Source: Thermoplasmatota archaeon
GTDB lineage: Archaea > Thermoplasmatota > Thermoplasmata > Thermoplasmatales > Thermoplasmataceae
Direction: 5' to 3'
Assembly: GCA_023379825.1 (NCBI GenBank)
Contig: JAMCPQ010000023.1
Span: 16-64,015, forward strand
Length of the DNA: 64,000 nt
A model generated the notes under the pieces. That model was not told where the DNA came from. It worked only from the letters and a program-made list of their open reading frames with translations, and did no database searches. A program made the position numbers and the translations under genes. Numbering within the stretch: the stretch's first letter is position 1; each line of letters starts with the position of its first letter. Shown one piece after another: positions 1-10,262 of this stretch.

Positions 1-61
1 GTTCGAACCCCCGACCTATGGATTAAGAGTCCATCGCTCTACCTGACTAAGCTACGGACCC
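1..61 (-). tRNA. tRNA-Lys(CTT), 3' end cut off by the window edge
   Basis: Reverse complement reads GGGTCCGTAGCTTAGTCAGGTAGAGCGATGGACT-CTT-AATCCATAGGTCGGGGGTTCGAAC; D arm, anticodon arm and T-loop present. Confidence 0.93.
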
Positions 62-127
62 GGGATGTAGGAATACCCAATACAAATTTATAACTTATTG
101 TCTGGTGGAATTAAAATGTTGTGAACA

Positions 128-254
128 TTTAAATATGCTCTTGGGTTAACGGTACACTTCAACCATACACTATGGGCAATGCTATATGGCAACCCAGTAG
201 ATGAATCAATCTTTTGATCTCATCAGACAGTGTAACGGTCAATGGTGAATTCGA
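128..254 (+). promoter_or_regulatory. TATA box (TTTAAATA) and ~95-nt structured 5' leader of the ribosomal superoperon
   Basis: TTTAAATA at 128-135; helices 166-171/229-234, 173-183/188-196, 200-209/214-224; SD GGTGA before ATG 255. Confidence 0.6.
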
Positions 255-1244
255 ATGGCAACGCCACATCACCCCAGACGGGGATCAATGGGATATTACC
301 CTAGGGTAAGAGCAAAGAAACTGCAAGGTGACATAAGGAGCTGGCCCGAGACTGAAGGCAATCCAAAACTTCAGGCCTTCGCAGGCTACAAGGTAGGAAT
401 GACTCATGTCGAGGTTGTAGACTATCGTAAATCCAGTGTCACTGCTGGACAGAACATAATGATGCCAGTAACAGTTGTAGAGGTTCCACCTCTTTCTGTT
501 GTAGGAATAAGATATTATGAAGAATCAGAAGAGGGTTTGTTCATCTCAGGGGAGAAATGGACAAAAGAAACAGACAAGAATCTCCAAAGGAGATTGCCTC
601 CTAGGAAGAAAGATCCATCATCTCCGGAAGTAACAAATGTTTCTGATGTAAGGCTTATAGTCCATACAAACCCATCCAAAATTACCGGAGTGCCCTCTAA
701 ATCTCCTGAAATTTTTGAGATAAGAATAGGCGGTTCAGATCTTTCAGCAAAGATGAAATATGCTGAGGAAAAACTTGGAAAGGAGATCAGTTTTTCCGAC
801 TTCAGTGCTGCCGGTAATTTTGTAGATGTAATAGGAGTGACCAAGGGGAAAGGTTTCCAGGGCCATGTTAAGAGATTTGGTGTTAAGTTACTTCCGAAGA
901 AGAACAGGAAACACAGGAGAATGATAGGTACTCTGGGGCCATGGCATCCTGACTGGGTCAGAAATACTGTACCTCAGGCTGGTCAGGTGGGAACCCACCA
1001 GCGCACAGTGCATAATATACGTGTAATAAGGTTTGCAAAGAATGAGAACGAAATGGACGTTAATGTAAAGGGAGGATACCCAGGTTATGGTCTGGTCAGG
1101 ACAGATTACGTCCTTCTTCATGGATCTATTCCTGGCCCAAACAAGAGGCTTATAAAGCTGAGAGAGCCAGCAAGACAGAAGACTCCTGCAGTCAGCAACC
1201 TCAGCGTCTCATATGTTTCCAGGGAATCTAAACAGGGTGATTAA
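255..1244 (+). CDS. rpl3: 50S ribosomal protein uL3
   Basis: HHPRRGSMGYYPR, FAGYKVGMTH, VTKGKGFQG motifs. Confidence 0.98.
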   Translation: MATPHHPRRGSMGYYPRVRAKKLQGDIRSWPETEGNPKLQAFAGYKVGMTHVEVVDYRKSSVTAGQNIMMPVTVVEVPPLSVVGIRYYEESEEGLFISGEKWTKETDKNLQRRLPPRKKDPSSPEVTNVSDVRLIVHTNPSKITGVPSKSPEIFEIRIGGSDLSAKMKYAEEKLGKEISFSDFSAAGNFVDVIGVTKGKGFQGHVKRFGVKLLPKKNRKHRRMIGTLGPWHPDWVRNTVPQAGQVGTHQRTVHNIRVIRFAKNENEMDVNVKGGYPGYGLVRTDYVLLHGSIPGPNKRLIKLREPARQKTPAVSNLSVSYVSRESKQGD

Positions 1245-1246
1245 AC

Positions 1247-2008
1247 GTGAAAGTTAATGTATATTCAAAAAGCGGAGAGAAGAAAGGGGAGGTTGACCTT
1301 CCACCTGTATTCTCCTTTACGCCCAGAGTTGATCTTGTGAGAAAGGCATTCAATGCAATTTCACTCTCACTTAGGCAACCATATGGTTCTAGCCCCACAG
1401 CAGGAATGAGAAGAGTGGGTCACAATGCTGGACCCGGACATGGTACCGCAAGGATCCCCAGAACATCTGGGTCATCAACTGCAGTACTTCTGGCAAACTT
1501 TGTCAAGGGTAAAAGTGCACATTCCCCAAGGACCGAGAAAGTCCTCTTTAAAGGAATCAACAGAAAGGAGAGAAAGATGGCAAAGTTCAGTTCTATTGCA
1601 CTCACATCCAGCAAGGAAGCTGTCAAGGCAAGAGGTCACAGGATTCCTGAAGAAATCACTCTTCCCGTGGTTGTTGAGGATGCCATAGAATCAATAAGGA
1701 GGACAAAAGACGCTGTTGAGTTCCTTGAATCCATTGGGCTTTATGATGATGTCCAGAGGGCAAAAGATGGAACAAAGGTCAGAGCAGGACGCGGAAAGAT
1801 GAGGGGGAGGAGATACAGAACCCCGAAGAGTGTACTGATCGTTGGAAACAATTATGATAATCTCCGGGCTTTTAAATCTCTGCCTGGAGTTGATATTGCA
1901 ACCTATTCAAGCATGAGCATAAGGAAGCTTGCTCCAGGAGGAGTTGCGGGAAGGCTGACCATTTTCACAGAATCCTCACTGAAACAACTGGATGGTGAGA
2001 AGCAGTGA
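1247..2008 (+). CDS. rpl4: 50S ribosomal protein uL4
   Basis: GHGTARIPR, RAGRGKMRGRRY, LAPGGVAGRL; GTG start; operon position. Confidence 0.98.
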   Translation: MKVNVYSKSGEKKGEVDLPPVFSFTPRVDLVRKAFNAISLSLRQPYGSSPTAGMRRVGHNAGPGHGTARIPRTSGSSTAVLLANFVKGKSAHSPRTEKVLFKGINRKERKMAKFSSIALTSSKEAVKARGHRIPEEITLPVVVEDAIESIRRTKDAVEFLESIGLYDDVQRAKDGTKVRAGRGKMRGRRYRTPKSVLIVGNNYDNLRAFKSLPGVDIATYSSMSIRKLAPGGVAGRLTIFTESSLKQLDGEKQ

Positions 2009-2259
2009 CAACAGATCTGATAATTAGACCGATAGCCACAGAAAAGACCATGCTGCAGATGGAAAGAGAGAACAAACTCTCGTTCTATGTTGACAGAAGA
2101 TCAAGAAGAGATGAGATTAAGAAGGAAGTGGAAGAGAGGTTTGCAGTCAAGGTACTTTCCGTGAACATTGCCATAACAAAAAGGGGAAAAAAGGCAGTTG
2201 TAACACTTTCCTCTGAATTCTCTGCAGATGAGATAGGGGGAAGAATAGGAATATTCTGA
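2005..2259 (+). CDS. rpl23: 50S ribosomal protein uL23
   Basis: IIRPIATEK...KKAVVTL...IGIF. Confidence 0.97.
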   Translation: MTTDLIIRPIATEKTMLQMERENKLSFYVDRRSRRDEIKKEVEERFAVKVLSVNIAITKRGKKAVVTLSSEFSADEIGGRIGIF

Positions 2260-2268
2260 GGTGAATTA

Positions 2269-2961
2269 ATGGGAAAGCATATTGTAGCACAGAGAAGAGG
2301 AAAGGGAGGGCTTGTTTATAGAAGTCCCAGTCACAGGCATCTCGGAGAGATAAAACTTGCTGATGAAGGCTCATACAAGGTTAAGCAGTTGATACATGCA
2401 CCTGGAAGGAACACTCCAATCATAGTGCTTAACAGAACAGACGGTGAAAGAAGACTTCAACTTGCATTTTCAGGAGCCTATGTTGGTCAGGAGCTTACTT
2501 CTGGAGAGGGTGCAGCCCCGGAAATAGGAAACACTCTGGCACTGGGGAGAATTCCTGACGGATCTTACGTTCATAACATTGAGAGTATGCCGGGAGATGG
2601 AGGGAAGTTTTGCAGAACCGGAGGAAGCAGTTCACTTGTGGTAAGCCATGGTCTTACTGTATCAGTGAGACTACCCTCTGGAAAGATGAAGCAGTTCAAC
2701 CCTATGTGCAAAGCAACTATTGGTTTTCTTGCAGGATCAGGAGCAAAGGATATTCCTGTTCTTAAAGCAGGAAAGAAGACTCACTATCTAAGGAGCAAGG
2801 CAAGAAGGCCATATTCTGTAAGAGGAGTTGCCATGAATGCCGTAAACCACCCACATGGGGGAGGAAATCACCAGCATGTAGGAAGAGCCAGTACAGTGGG
2901 AAGAGGTACTCCGCCTGGAAGGAAGGTTGGAAGACTATCACCTAAGAGGAGGAAATCCTAA
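2269..2961 (+). CDS. rpl2: 50S ribosomal protein uL2
   Basis: [23 protein letters not shown]. Confidence 0.98.
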   Translation: MGKHIVAQRRGKGGLVYRSPSHRHLGEIKLADEGSYKVKQLIHAPGRNTPIIVLNRTDGERRLQLAFSGAYVGQELTSGEGAAPEIGNTLALGRIPDGSYVHNIESMPGDGGKFCRTGGSSSLVVSHGLTVSVRLPSGKMKQFNPMCKATIGFLAGSGAKDIPVLKAGKKTHYLRSKARRPYSVRGVAMNAVNHPHGGGNHQHVGRASTVGRGTPPGRKVGRLSPKRRKS

Positions 2962-3419
2962 TGGCGCAGAATAAGCAGGCATCTGTAAAATCAATAAAGA
3001 GGAGATCACGAAAGTCCCAGAAGATAGTAATGGGGAGATCCAAGGAGTTCAAATACAAGGGTTACTCCCTAGAGGAACTCCAGAAGATGGATCTCCAGCA
3101 GGTAATGAGCATACTCCCATCTAGACCAAGAAGGAGTTTGAAAAGGGAGAAGAATCACGAACAGACCATCGTATACGAGAAACTTCAGGACCCATCTGTG
3201 ACTGAGTACAAGACTCATGTAAGGGATGTTGTAATTCTTCCAAAATCAGTGGGGAAGGTCATGGAAGTGTATAACGGGAACAGCTACGTGAAGTTTGAAA
3301 TTCGCCCTGAAATGATAGGGCATTTCCTTGGGGAGTTTGCCCTTACAAGAAAGGCAGTCAAACATTCCGGACCTGGTGTCGGTGCAACAAGATCTTCGAA
3401 GTTCATGCCGTTGAAGTGA
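2961..3419 (+). CDS. rps19: 30S ribosomal protein uS19 with basic N-terminal extension
   Basis: [30 protein letters not shown]. Confidence 0.98.
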   Translation: MAQNKQASVKSIKRRSRKSQKIVMGRSKEFKYKGYSLEELQKMDLQQVMSILPSRPRRSLKREKNHEQTIVYEKLQDPSVTEYKTHVRDVVILPKSVGKVMEVYNGNSYVKFEIRPEMIGHFLGEFALTRKAVKHSGPGVGATRSSKFMPLK

Positions 3420-3877
3420 TAACAATGAAAGGATACTCAATTAAGGAATTGCCGGAAAGATCTGCAATCGCGAGGGTTAAGGAGGCAGATGTTTCTATGA
3501 AGGACTCAGTTAACATTGCACATTATCTCAGGGGAAAGCCCCTGACAATGGCCAAGGAGATTCTGGAGGGGGTCATCAGGAAAACACATCCTGTTCCATA
3601 CTTCAGATACCTTGATTCCGTTTCCCACAGAAAGGGAAAGGTTGGACCTGGGCGTTATCCTGTTAGAGCAGCGAAGGCTTTCCAGGATCTGGTCAACAAT
3701 GTGGAAGCAAATGCAGAATTCAAAAGCCTTGACACGGACAACCTGAAAATTGTTCACATAGCTGCATCCAAAGGCAGAATGGTCAAGAAGTACACACCAA
3801 AGGCCTATGGAAGGGCTGGTGCCAACTTCAAGGATCTGATCAACCTTGAAATAGTTGTAAAGGAGGAGTCAGAATGA
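3416..3877 (+). CDS. rpl22: 50S ribosomal protein uL22 (start may be ATG 3425)
   Basis: [16 protein letters not shown]. Confidence 0.97.
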   Translation: MITMKGYSIKELPERSAIARVKEADVSMKDSVNIAHYLRGKPLTMAKEILEGVIRKTHPVPYFRYLDSVSHRKGKVGPGRYPVRAAKAFQDLVNNVEANAEFKSLDTDNLKIVHIAASKGRMVKKYTPKAYGRAGANFKDLINLEIVVKEESE

Positions 3878-4548
3878 AAGAGAGAAAATTCATCTCAAAC
3901 AACATAAACAAACTCCTGGTTACTGAGTATATCAGACGGGAAACGGACACTGCAGGTTTTGGCGGAATGGAGATGAAAAGAACACCATTCGGCACAAACA
4001 TCACCCTTTCTGTAAACAAGCCGGGCCTTGTAATCGGGAGACATGGTAGCAAGGTTCAGGAGATCACAGAAACACTTGAAAAGAAGTATGGCGTAGAATC
4101 TCCACAGATAGAGGTCAAGGAGGTCGACAATCCTGACCTGAATCCTCAGGTTGTTGCAAGGAAGATTGCACTTTCTCTTGAAAAGGGTTGGTCCTATAGA
4201 AAGGCGGGAAATACTTCACTTAGGAGAATTATAGATAGTGGGACAAGAGGTGTCATGATCCGAATCGGAGGGAAAATTTCCGGAGAAAGGGCAAGATCAC
4301 AGAAATTCATGTTCGGTTCAATAAAGTACTCCGGGGAACCAGCCAGAAGTGGAATGGAAGTCGGCTTTTCTGCAGCAAAGCTGAAACTGGGAATAATTGG
4401 TGTAAGCGTTAAGATGCTCAGAAATGACTACAGGCTTCCCGATGACATTACTGTAAAACTTCAGAATAATGTTTCAGCAGAAAGTGTACCAATGGAGGAG
4501 AATGAGAAAGATGGAACTGAGAGCAAAGAAGCTCAGAGAAATGAGTAA
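3874..4548 (+). CDS. rps3: 30S ribosomal protein uS3
   Basis: KH domain [19 protein letters not shown]. Confidence 0.98.
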   Translation: MKERKFISNNINKLLVTEYIRRETDTAGFGGMEMKRTPFGTNITLSVNKPGLVIGRHGSKVQEITETLEKKYGVESPQIEVKEVDNPDLNPQVVARKIALSLEKGWSYRKAGNTSLRRIIDSGTRGVMIRIGGKISGERARSQKFMFGSIKYSGEPARSGMEVGFSAAKLKLGIIGVSVKMLRNDYRLPDDITVKLQNNVSAESVPMEENEKDGTESKEAQRNE

Positions 4549-4714
4549 GGCAGAAGTCCAGGATCAGTTGAAGTCCCTTAAGGAGGCACTTCTTAAGGAG
4601 CGTGCTTCAGTTGCTATGGGTGGAGCTCCGATTAACCCTGGAAAAATCAAGTCAATAAGAAGGCAGATCGCCAGAATAAACACCGTTCTTCATACGGAGG
4701 AAATTAAAAGATGA
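4511..4714 (+). CDS. rpl29: 50S ribosomal protein uL29
   Basis: [12 protein letters not shown]...[17 protein letters not shown]; start moved to ATG 4511. Confidence 0.95.
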   Translation: MELRAKKLREMSKAEVQDQLKSLKEALLKERASVAMGGAPINPGKIKSIRRQIARINTVLHTEEIKR

Positions 4715-5013
4715 AGGAGAAGAACTTCACAGGACTGCCCAAGGAGCTTCAGCCTTGGGAAGGTTTTACCCGTGATAATCAGACAGTTAAGGTCAGTGTA
4801 GACAAGAGAAGATACGGTAAGAATGTTACAATAATAGAGGGAATTGATCCTAAGCTGGAAGATATCTGGGATATAGCCAAGGAGCTAAAGAAGAAAGTTG
4901 CTTCAGGAGGCACTGTGAAGGATAACAGAGTCATAGAAATTCAGGGTGACCACAGAGACAACGTCAAGAAATTCCTTGAACAGATGGGTTTCAAGACAGA
5001 GGTGATTTCATGA
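4711..5013 (+). CDS. sui1: Translation initiation factor aIF1 (SUI1)
   Basis: KRRYGKNVTIIEG, ASGGTVKD, IEIQGDHR. Confidence 0.96.
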   Translation: MKEKNFTGLPKELQPWEGFTRDNQTVKVSVDKRRYGKNVTIIEGIDPKLEDIWDIAKELKKKVASGGTVKDNRVIEIQGDHRDNVKKFLEQMGFKTEVIS

Positions 5014-5309
5014 GAACAGATATTAGGCCATATCTGGAGGAGTATCTGGGATGTGAAATCGAAGTGGTGAACCATTCCAACAAAAACAATGAAGGTAAGT
5101 CAGGAATTGTCTTCCAGGAATCAAGAAGGATGTTTACTATAATGGGTGAATCTAAAATGTATATTCCAAAGCATACTGGTAAATTCAGAATAAAACTTGG
5201 GTCATCCGCGTTCACAATAGAGGGGGATGCCATTCTTATGAGGCCGGAAGACAGGCTCAAAAATCAGAGGAAAATATTGAAAACACTTAGCAGGGGGTGC
5301 ACAAACTAA
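5010..5309 (+). CDS. rnp1: RNase P protein subunit Rpp29 (POP4)
   Basis: EYLGCEIEVV, GIVFQES, IPK, MRPEDRLK; conserved position between sui1 and rps17. Confidence 0.9.
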   Translation: MRTDIRPYLEEYLGCEIEVVNHSNKNNEGKSGIVFQESRRMFTIMGESKMYIPKHTGKFRIKLGSSAFTIEGDAILMRPEDRLKNQRKILKTLSRGCTN

Positions 5310-5635
5310 TGCCACAGAACATTGGATTAAACGTAAAAGCTCCAGAAGGGGAATGCAATGATAAGAAATGTCCTTTCCATGGTGAAGTCAAGGTGAGGGG
5401 ACAGATCATTAGCGGAAAGGTTGAGTCAACTTCCATGAAAGGCAGTATAACTGTAGTTCAGGAGAGGAAGAGAAAGGTCAAGAAGTATGAGAGAAAGGAG
5501 ACACGATTCTCCAGATATCATGCACATCTGCCTTCCTGTCTGAATGTTCAGGCAGGGGATGTTGTCAAGATAGCTGAAACAAGGAAACTTGCAAAATCAA
5601 TATCTTTCGTAGTCATAGAGAAGGTGAGCCAATGA
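5309..5635 (+). CDS. rps17: 30S ribosomal protein uS17
   Basis: CNDKKCPFHG, KKYERKE, AETRKLAKS; ATG 5309 overlaps the previous stop. Confidence 0.96.
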   Translation: MPQNIGLNVKAPEGECNDKKCPFHGEVKVRGQIISGKVESTSMKGSITVVQERKRKVKKYERKETRFSRYHAHLPSCLNVQAGDVVKIAETRKLAKSISFVVIEKVSQ

Positions 5636-6030
5636 AGGGAATAGCAGGCAGACAGATCAGGGGGTTGCCACTTGGGGCAACAATGCCCTGTGCAGATAAC
5701 AGCGGGGCCAAGATAATCAGTCTGATTGATGTCAAAGCTTGGCATGGAGTTGCAAGAAGAATTCCGGCAGCAGGCGTTGGCGACATGTTCATAGCAAGTG
5801 TCAAGAAGGGGACACCTGAAATGAGGAGCAAGGTTGTCTATGCAGTTGTCATAAGGCAGAGACGCCCATACAGGCGAGCTGATGGCACAATGGTTCAGTT
5901 TGAGGAAAATGCTGCTGTTCTGGTAACACCTGAGGGAGAAGTGAGGGGCTCTGAGATCAAGGGACCTGTGGCCAGAGAGGCTGCAGAGAGATGGCCAAGA
6001 ATAGCAGCCATCTCATCAACCATAGTGTAG
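5632..6030 (+). CDS. rpl14: 50S ribosomal protein uL14
   Basis: CADNSGAK, FEENAAVL, KGPVAREAAERW. Confidence 0.98.
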   Translation: MKGIAGRQIRGLPLGATMPCADNSGAKIISLIDVKAWHGVARRIPAAGVGDMFIASVKKGTPEMRSKVVYAVVIRQRRPYRRADGTMVQFEENAAVLVTPEGEVRGSEIKGPVAREAAERWPRIAAISSTIV

Positions 6031-6039
6031 TGAGGGAAA

Positions 6040-6579
6040 ATGTATAGCAAAGTTAGGGTAAATCTAGATTCGGATCTGAGAAAGAAGTTCGGCGTCAGAT
6101 CTTATCCCGTCACTGTAGGGGACATTGTAAGAGTTAAGAGCGGTAAGAGAAAGGGCGAAGGCGGAAAAGTAATAGCCGTTGACCACAGTTCAGCAATGGT
6201 GTCTATTGAGGGAATCTCAGTTGCAAAGGAGGACGGTAAGCAGAAGGAACTGTTCCTAAGACCTGCAGATCTGGTAATTACCAGGCTGGACTTTTCAAGG
6301 CACCAGAGATACGATCATCTCAGATCAATTGCAGCAATGAAGAACATTGCACTTTCCGAGGAACCTCCAGAGCAGCCTGTTCCTGAAACAGTCGAGTCTG
6401 AGGAACCATCCGTGGTTGGGTCTGAGGAATCTGAGGCAGCTCCCTCAGAGGTAGACTCCACTGATGAAAATGAGGAGGAATTAACTGAGCCGGAAGAAGA
6501 GGAAAGTGAAGACGCAAATGAAGATGATTCAGACGAACAGGATGATGATGAAGAGGAGGGAGTAGAGAATGATCAATAA
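6040..6579 (+). CDS. rpl24: 50S ribosomal protein uL24 with long acidic C-terminal tail
   Basis: KOW motif GDIVRVKSGKRKGEGGKV; position after rpl14. Confidence 0.95.
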   Translation: MYSKVRVNLDSDLRKKFGVRSYPVTVGDIVRVKSGKRKGEGGKVIAVDHSSAMVSIEGISVAKEDGKQKELFLRPADLVITRLDFSRHQRYDHLRSIAAMKNIALSEEPPEQPVPETVESEEPSVVGSEESEAAPSEVDSTDENEEELTEPEEEESEDANEDDSDEQDDDEEEGVENDQ

Positions 6580-7279
6580 GACGAAGAGACTGGTTGTTTC
6601 ACGATCGGTGAAGCTGCCGAGAAAGACCCATTTCTGGGGAGTAAGTCCATTACCTGGAAAACATAACTCGACAGACAGTGTTCCCGCACTTACAGTTCTT
6701 AGGGATTACCTGAACCTTGGGGACAAGGAGAGAGAAGTCACAAGGATGATCAACAGCGGAGCAGTGAACGTTGACGGAAAGAGGCTTAAGGAAAGGAGAC
6801 ACAGTGTTGGCTTTATGGACTCCCTCTCTGTCCTGCCAATTGACAAGCACTACAGGGTACTATATGACAGAAAAGGAAGGCTTGTTGTTCAGGAACAGAC
6901 ATCTGAGAAAGCACTTGAAAAACCGCTGAAGGTTATGAACAAGGTATCCGTAGGCAATGAGAAATTCATGCTGGTCTTCCATGATGGAACCAACATGCTG
7001 ACTGACAGAAAGGACATAGCAACCGGTGACGTCATTATATCCGGTCTCCCTAAGAAGAGCATCACACATGTTCTGAAGATGCAGCCTGGTAACAGGGCAT
7101 TCTTGACTGGGGGAGAGCATGTAGGGACTATCGGAACCATTAAATCGGTGGAGGTCAAGGAGTCTTCAGGGAAGAACCTTGTACATTTTGAGGAGGGATT
7201 CTCAACTATTTCTGATTATGCTTTTGTAATTTCAAGCTCGAAATACTCATTCGACATTCAGGGAGGTGTTGGGCATTGA
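6569..7279 (+). CDS. rps4e: 30S ribosomal protein eS4
   Basis: PGKH, LRDYL, VDGK, VGFMD, LTGGEHVG. Confidence 0.96.
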   Translation: MINKTKRLVVSRSVKLPRKTHFWGVSPLPGKHNSTDSVPALTVLRDYLNLGDKEREVTRMINSGAVNVDGKRLKERRHSVGFMDSLSVLPIDKHYRVLYDRKGRLVVQEQTSEKALEKPLKVMNKVSVGNEKFMLVFHDGTNMLTDRKDIATGDVIISGLPKKSITHVLKMQPGNRAFLTGGEHVGTIGTIKSVEVKESSGKNLVHFEEGFSTISDYAFVISSSKYSFDIQGGVGH

Positions 7280-7797
7280 GTAAGCAGAATCAGATGTCTG
7301 AGATCACAATAGACAAGGTTGTCGTTAACATAGGCGCTGGGCAGGCTGGAGACAGGTTGAACAAGGCCGCGAAGGTTCTTGAGATGATAACAGACCACAA
7401 ACCGGTTTTCACAACCTCAAAACGTACAGTGAGGGATTTCAACATAAGGAAAGGCCTTCAGATTGGAGCAAAGGTGACTCTGAGAAAGGAAGATGCGGAG
7501 AAGTTCCTCAATAAAGCTCTGGATGCCAGGGAATACAAGATTCAGCATTATTCATTTGACAGCCAGGGAAACGCATATTTTGGAATTGCAGATTACACTG
7601 ACTTTGAGGGTATGAAATATGATCCTGACATCGGCATATTTGGTTTCGATGTGGCGGTTGTTCTCAAGAGGAAAGGTGGATACAGGCTTTCAAGAAGAAA
7701 GGTGGGATCTGCACCAGTATCCAAAAGAATAAGAATCCCAAGGGAAGATGCCATGAAATTCATGGAATCAAAATTCAAGGTAACAGTCCTGAGGTAA
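7276..7797 (+). CDS. rpl5: 50S ribosomal protein uL5
   Basis: [28 protein letters not shown]; TTG start with SD GGAGGTG. Confidence 0.97.
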   Translation: MSKQNQMSEITIDKVVVNIGAGQAGDRLNKAAKVLEMITDHKPVFTTSKRTVRDFNIRKGLQIGAKVTLRKEDAEKFLNKALDAREYKIQHYSFDSQGNAYFGIADYTDFEGMKYDPDIGIFGFDVAVVLKRKGGYRLSRRKVGSAPVSKRIRIPREDAMKFMESKFKVTVLR

Positions 7798-7802
7798 TTC
7801 AT

Positions 7803-7964
7803 ATGGCACAGATAAAATTGGAACCTAAAAGAAAATTCGGGCACAAAGAGGGATGCCTCAGGTGCGGAAGGAAAAGAGGCATGGTCAGAAGATACGGAAT
7901 CAGGCTTTGCAGACAGTGCTTCAGGGAGACTGCTCCCAGCATAGGATTCAAGAAATACAGCTGA
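7803..7964 (+). CDS. rps14: 30S ribosomal protein uS14, zinc-binding (not in ORF track, 53 aa)
   Basis: Translated by hand: [53 protein letters not shown]. Confidence 0.96.
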   Translation: MAQIKLEPKRKFGHKEGCLRCGRKRGMVRRYGIRLCRQCFRETAPSIGFKKYS

Positions 7965-7976
7965 GGTGATCTAAAA

Positions 7977-8366
7977 ATGAGACATGATCCATTAAATGAC
8001 ATTATAAATTCGATAAAGAGTGCGTCCAGAACCGGAAGAAAGTTCATTGAGGCTGAGCCTGCTGCATTACTGCTCGGGAGAGTCCTGAAGGTAATGCAGG
8101 AGTACAACTACCTGAAGAGCTTCGAAGTTGTGGATGAAAACAGAGGGGGCAAATTCAGGATAGAGCTCAGTGACACCATAAATAACTGTGGTATTATTAA
8201 GCCCAGGCTCCCTGTAAAGAGTGCAAGCTTGGGAAAATATGAGGCAAGGTACCTGCCTGCCCAGGATTTCGGAATACTCATACTTACAACGACAAAGGGA
8301 GTTATGAGTCACATCGAGGCAAGGAAACAGGGGCTTGGAGGAAAACTTCTGGCTTACGTTTACTGA
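7977..8366 (+). CDS. rps8: 30S ribosomal protein uS8
   Basis: DPLND, INNCGIIKPR, LTTTKGVMSH, GGKLLAYVY. Confidence 0.98.
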   Translation: MRHDPLNDIINSIKSASRTGRKFIEAEPAALLLGRVLKVMQEYNYLKSFEVVDENRGGKFRIELSDTINNCGIIKPRLPVKSASLGKYEARYLPAQDFGILILTTTKGVMSHIEARKQGLGGKLLAYVY

Positions 8367-8378
8367 ATGGTGAAGGGA

Positions 8379-8903
8379 ATGATTAACTGGAAAGAGGAAT
8401 GGAGCTTTGAAGCACCTCAGGGAACCGAGATATCAGAAATCAAGGGCCTTGTAAAGGTGAAGGGAAAGCTGGGGGAAGTTACCAGAAACATGCTGGATAA
8501 CTATGTCAGGGTTTCTGTGCAGGGCAGGAAAGTCACTATACTCAGCAGCAAGAATAACAAGAGGACAAAAGGAATAGTTGGAACATGGGCATCAGAGATA
8601 AGGAACATGTTTCAGGGAGTACAGTCTGGATTTGAATATGAGATGAAGATCGATTACACTCATTTCCCCATGAGGGTTTCCGTGAGAGGGAGCAATGTTG
8701 TGATCGAGAACTTCCTGGGAGAGCGATCGGCAAGAACTGCCTCAATCATCGGGAACTCCAAAGTCTCTGTAAAAGGGGACAGGGTATTCATATCCGGAAT
8801 AGATAAAAGGGAACTTGGCGAAACAGCTGCCAATGTTGAGAGAGCTACAAAGATAAAGGGATTCGACCTGAGAGTATTTCAGGATGGGATTTACCTTCTC
8901 TGA
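8379..8903 (+). CDS. rpl6: 50S ribosomal protein uL6
   Basis: [25 protein letters not shown]; start may be 8367. Confidence 0.97.
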   Translation: MINWKEEWSFEAPQGTEISEIKGLVKVKGKLGEVTRNMLDNYVRVSVQGRKVTILSSKNNKRTKGIVGTWASEIRNMFQGVQSGFEYEMKIDYTHFPMRVSVRGSNVVIENFLGERSARTASIIGNSKVSVKGDRVFISGIDKRELGETAANVERATKIKGFDLRVFQDGIYLL

Positions 8904-8911
8904 CGGTGAAT

Positions 8912-9325
8912 ATGATGGTACTAAGAAAACCTGTATTGGACAATAACGAAAAACGATTACTGAAAATTAAAAACGAACAGGCCAGAAGAAGGGTTGAATT
9001 CAGAAGGCAGGAATGGTTCAGGTACAAGAAGCTTGGAGATTCCTGGAGAAAACCAAGAGGAAAGCACTCCAAGATGAGAGAGCAACAGGCAAGAAGGCCC
9101 CCAATAGTGGATGCAGGATATGGTGGGCCTGCTAAGGTGAGAGGGCTGCACCCTTCAGGCTTCAGGGAAGTCATGGTATTCAACCCCGAAGATCTTTCAA
9201 CCCTCAACCCTGACAGAGAGGCGGCAAGAATAGGTCACTCTGTGGGAGCGAGAAAGAGGGAGCAGATAATATCGCGTGCAGAAGAACTTGGAGTAAGAGT
9301 TCTCAATCCGGGTGTTGTAAAATGA
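8912..9325 (+). CDS. rpl32e: 50S ribosomal protein eL32
   Basis: [19 protein letters not shown]. Confidence 0.97.
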   Translation: MMVLRKPVLDNNEKRLLKIKNEQARRRVEFRRQEWFRYKKLGDSWRKPRGKHSKMREQQARRPPIVDAGYGGPAKVRGLHPSGFREVMVFNPEDLSTLNPDREAARIGHSVGARKREQIISRAEELGVRVLNPGVVK

Positions 9326-9777
9326 AGGTAGTTTCGGCGAAGAAAATCGCAGCAGAGGAATTCAAATCAGGAATTTCAAGAGTCTGGATAGACACAAATA
9401 GCATTGAGCAGGTTCTTGAAGCTGCATCCCGTTCAGATATCAGGGAACTGATTGAGAGAAATGTAATTCAGCTGAAGCAGAAGAAAGGAAATTCAAACAG
9501 CAGACTGAAGAAAAGGATAACCCAGCTCTCAAAGGAAAGGAGAAGAGGTCCTGGCTCTCTGAAGGGTACAAAGTATGCAAGGTTTCCCCGAAAGGATAGA
9601 TGGATCAGCACTATCAGAGCTTTGAGAAGTGAATTGAGAACCATGAAGGCTAACAACCAGATTGACGGAAAGACGTTCAGAAAATATTACCTTCAGATCA
9701 AGGGCGGGTCATTCAAATCCAGGGCCCAGTTAGCATCGCACCTGAAGGCAAGCGGGGAAATGAGGGGTGAGAAATAA
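9322..9777 (+). CDS. rpl19e: 50S ribosomal protein eL19
   Basis: [26 protein letters not shown]. Confidence 0.97.
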   Translation: MKVVSAKKIAAEEFKSGISRVWIDTNSIEQVLEAASRSDIRELIERNVIQLKQKKGNSNSRLKKRITQLSKERRRGPGSLKGTKYARFPRKDRWISTIRALRSELRTMKANNQIDGKTFRKYYLQIKGGSFKSRAQLASHLKASGEMRGEK

Positions 9778-10262
9778 TGCAGAGGCTTGTTCAGAGAAGA
9801 AGAAAGCTTGGACTCACAAACTATCCTAAGAGACTCAAGCTCCTCAAGTCAGGACTTCCAAGACTGATTGTAAGACCAACAAACAGGGGTATTGTGATTG
9901 AACTCGCGGAGTTTGATCCTGTTGGTGACAAGGTGCTTCTAACAGTGACAGAGAAAAATCTGGCAAAGATAGATCCTTTACTTGATGGGAACAGTGTTCC
10001 CATATGTTACCTGACAGGTTACCTGGCAGGACTGAGGGCGAAAAAGCTCAAGCTGAAGGAAGCTGTTCTGGACACAGGTCGCTATAACATAATAAAGGGG
10101 GGAAGAATAGCGGCTGCGTTGAAAGGATTCACGGACAGCGGAATAAAGGTCCCTCATGACAAATCAATATTCCCGGACAAAAAGAGGCTCGACGGAACTC
10201 ACCTGAAGAAGAAGCTTCCGGATACGTTACAGAACCTTAAAGCCAAATTGGAGGCGAACTGA
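9777..10262 (+). CDS. rpl18: 50S ribosomal protein uL18
   Basis: TNYPKRLKLLKSGLPRLIVR, YLTGYLAG. Confidence 0.97.
   Translation: MQRLVQRRRKLGLTNYPKRLKLLKSGLPRLIVRPTNRGIVIELAEFDPVGDKVLLTVTEKNLAKIDPLLDGNSVPICYLTGYLAGLRAKKLKLKEAVLDTGRYNIIKGGRIAAALKGFTDSGIKVPHDKSIFPDKKRLDGTHLKKKLPDTLQNLKAKLEAN

Noticed and set aside
153-173. TACACT motifs resembling the actin-promoter repeat
   Set aside because: Short match, better explained by P1 pairing in the rpl3 leader
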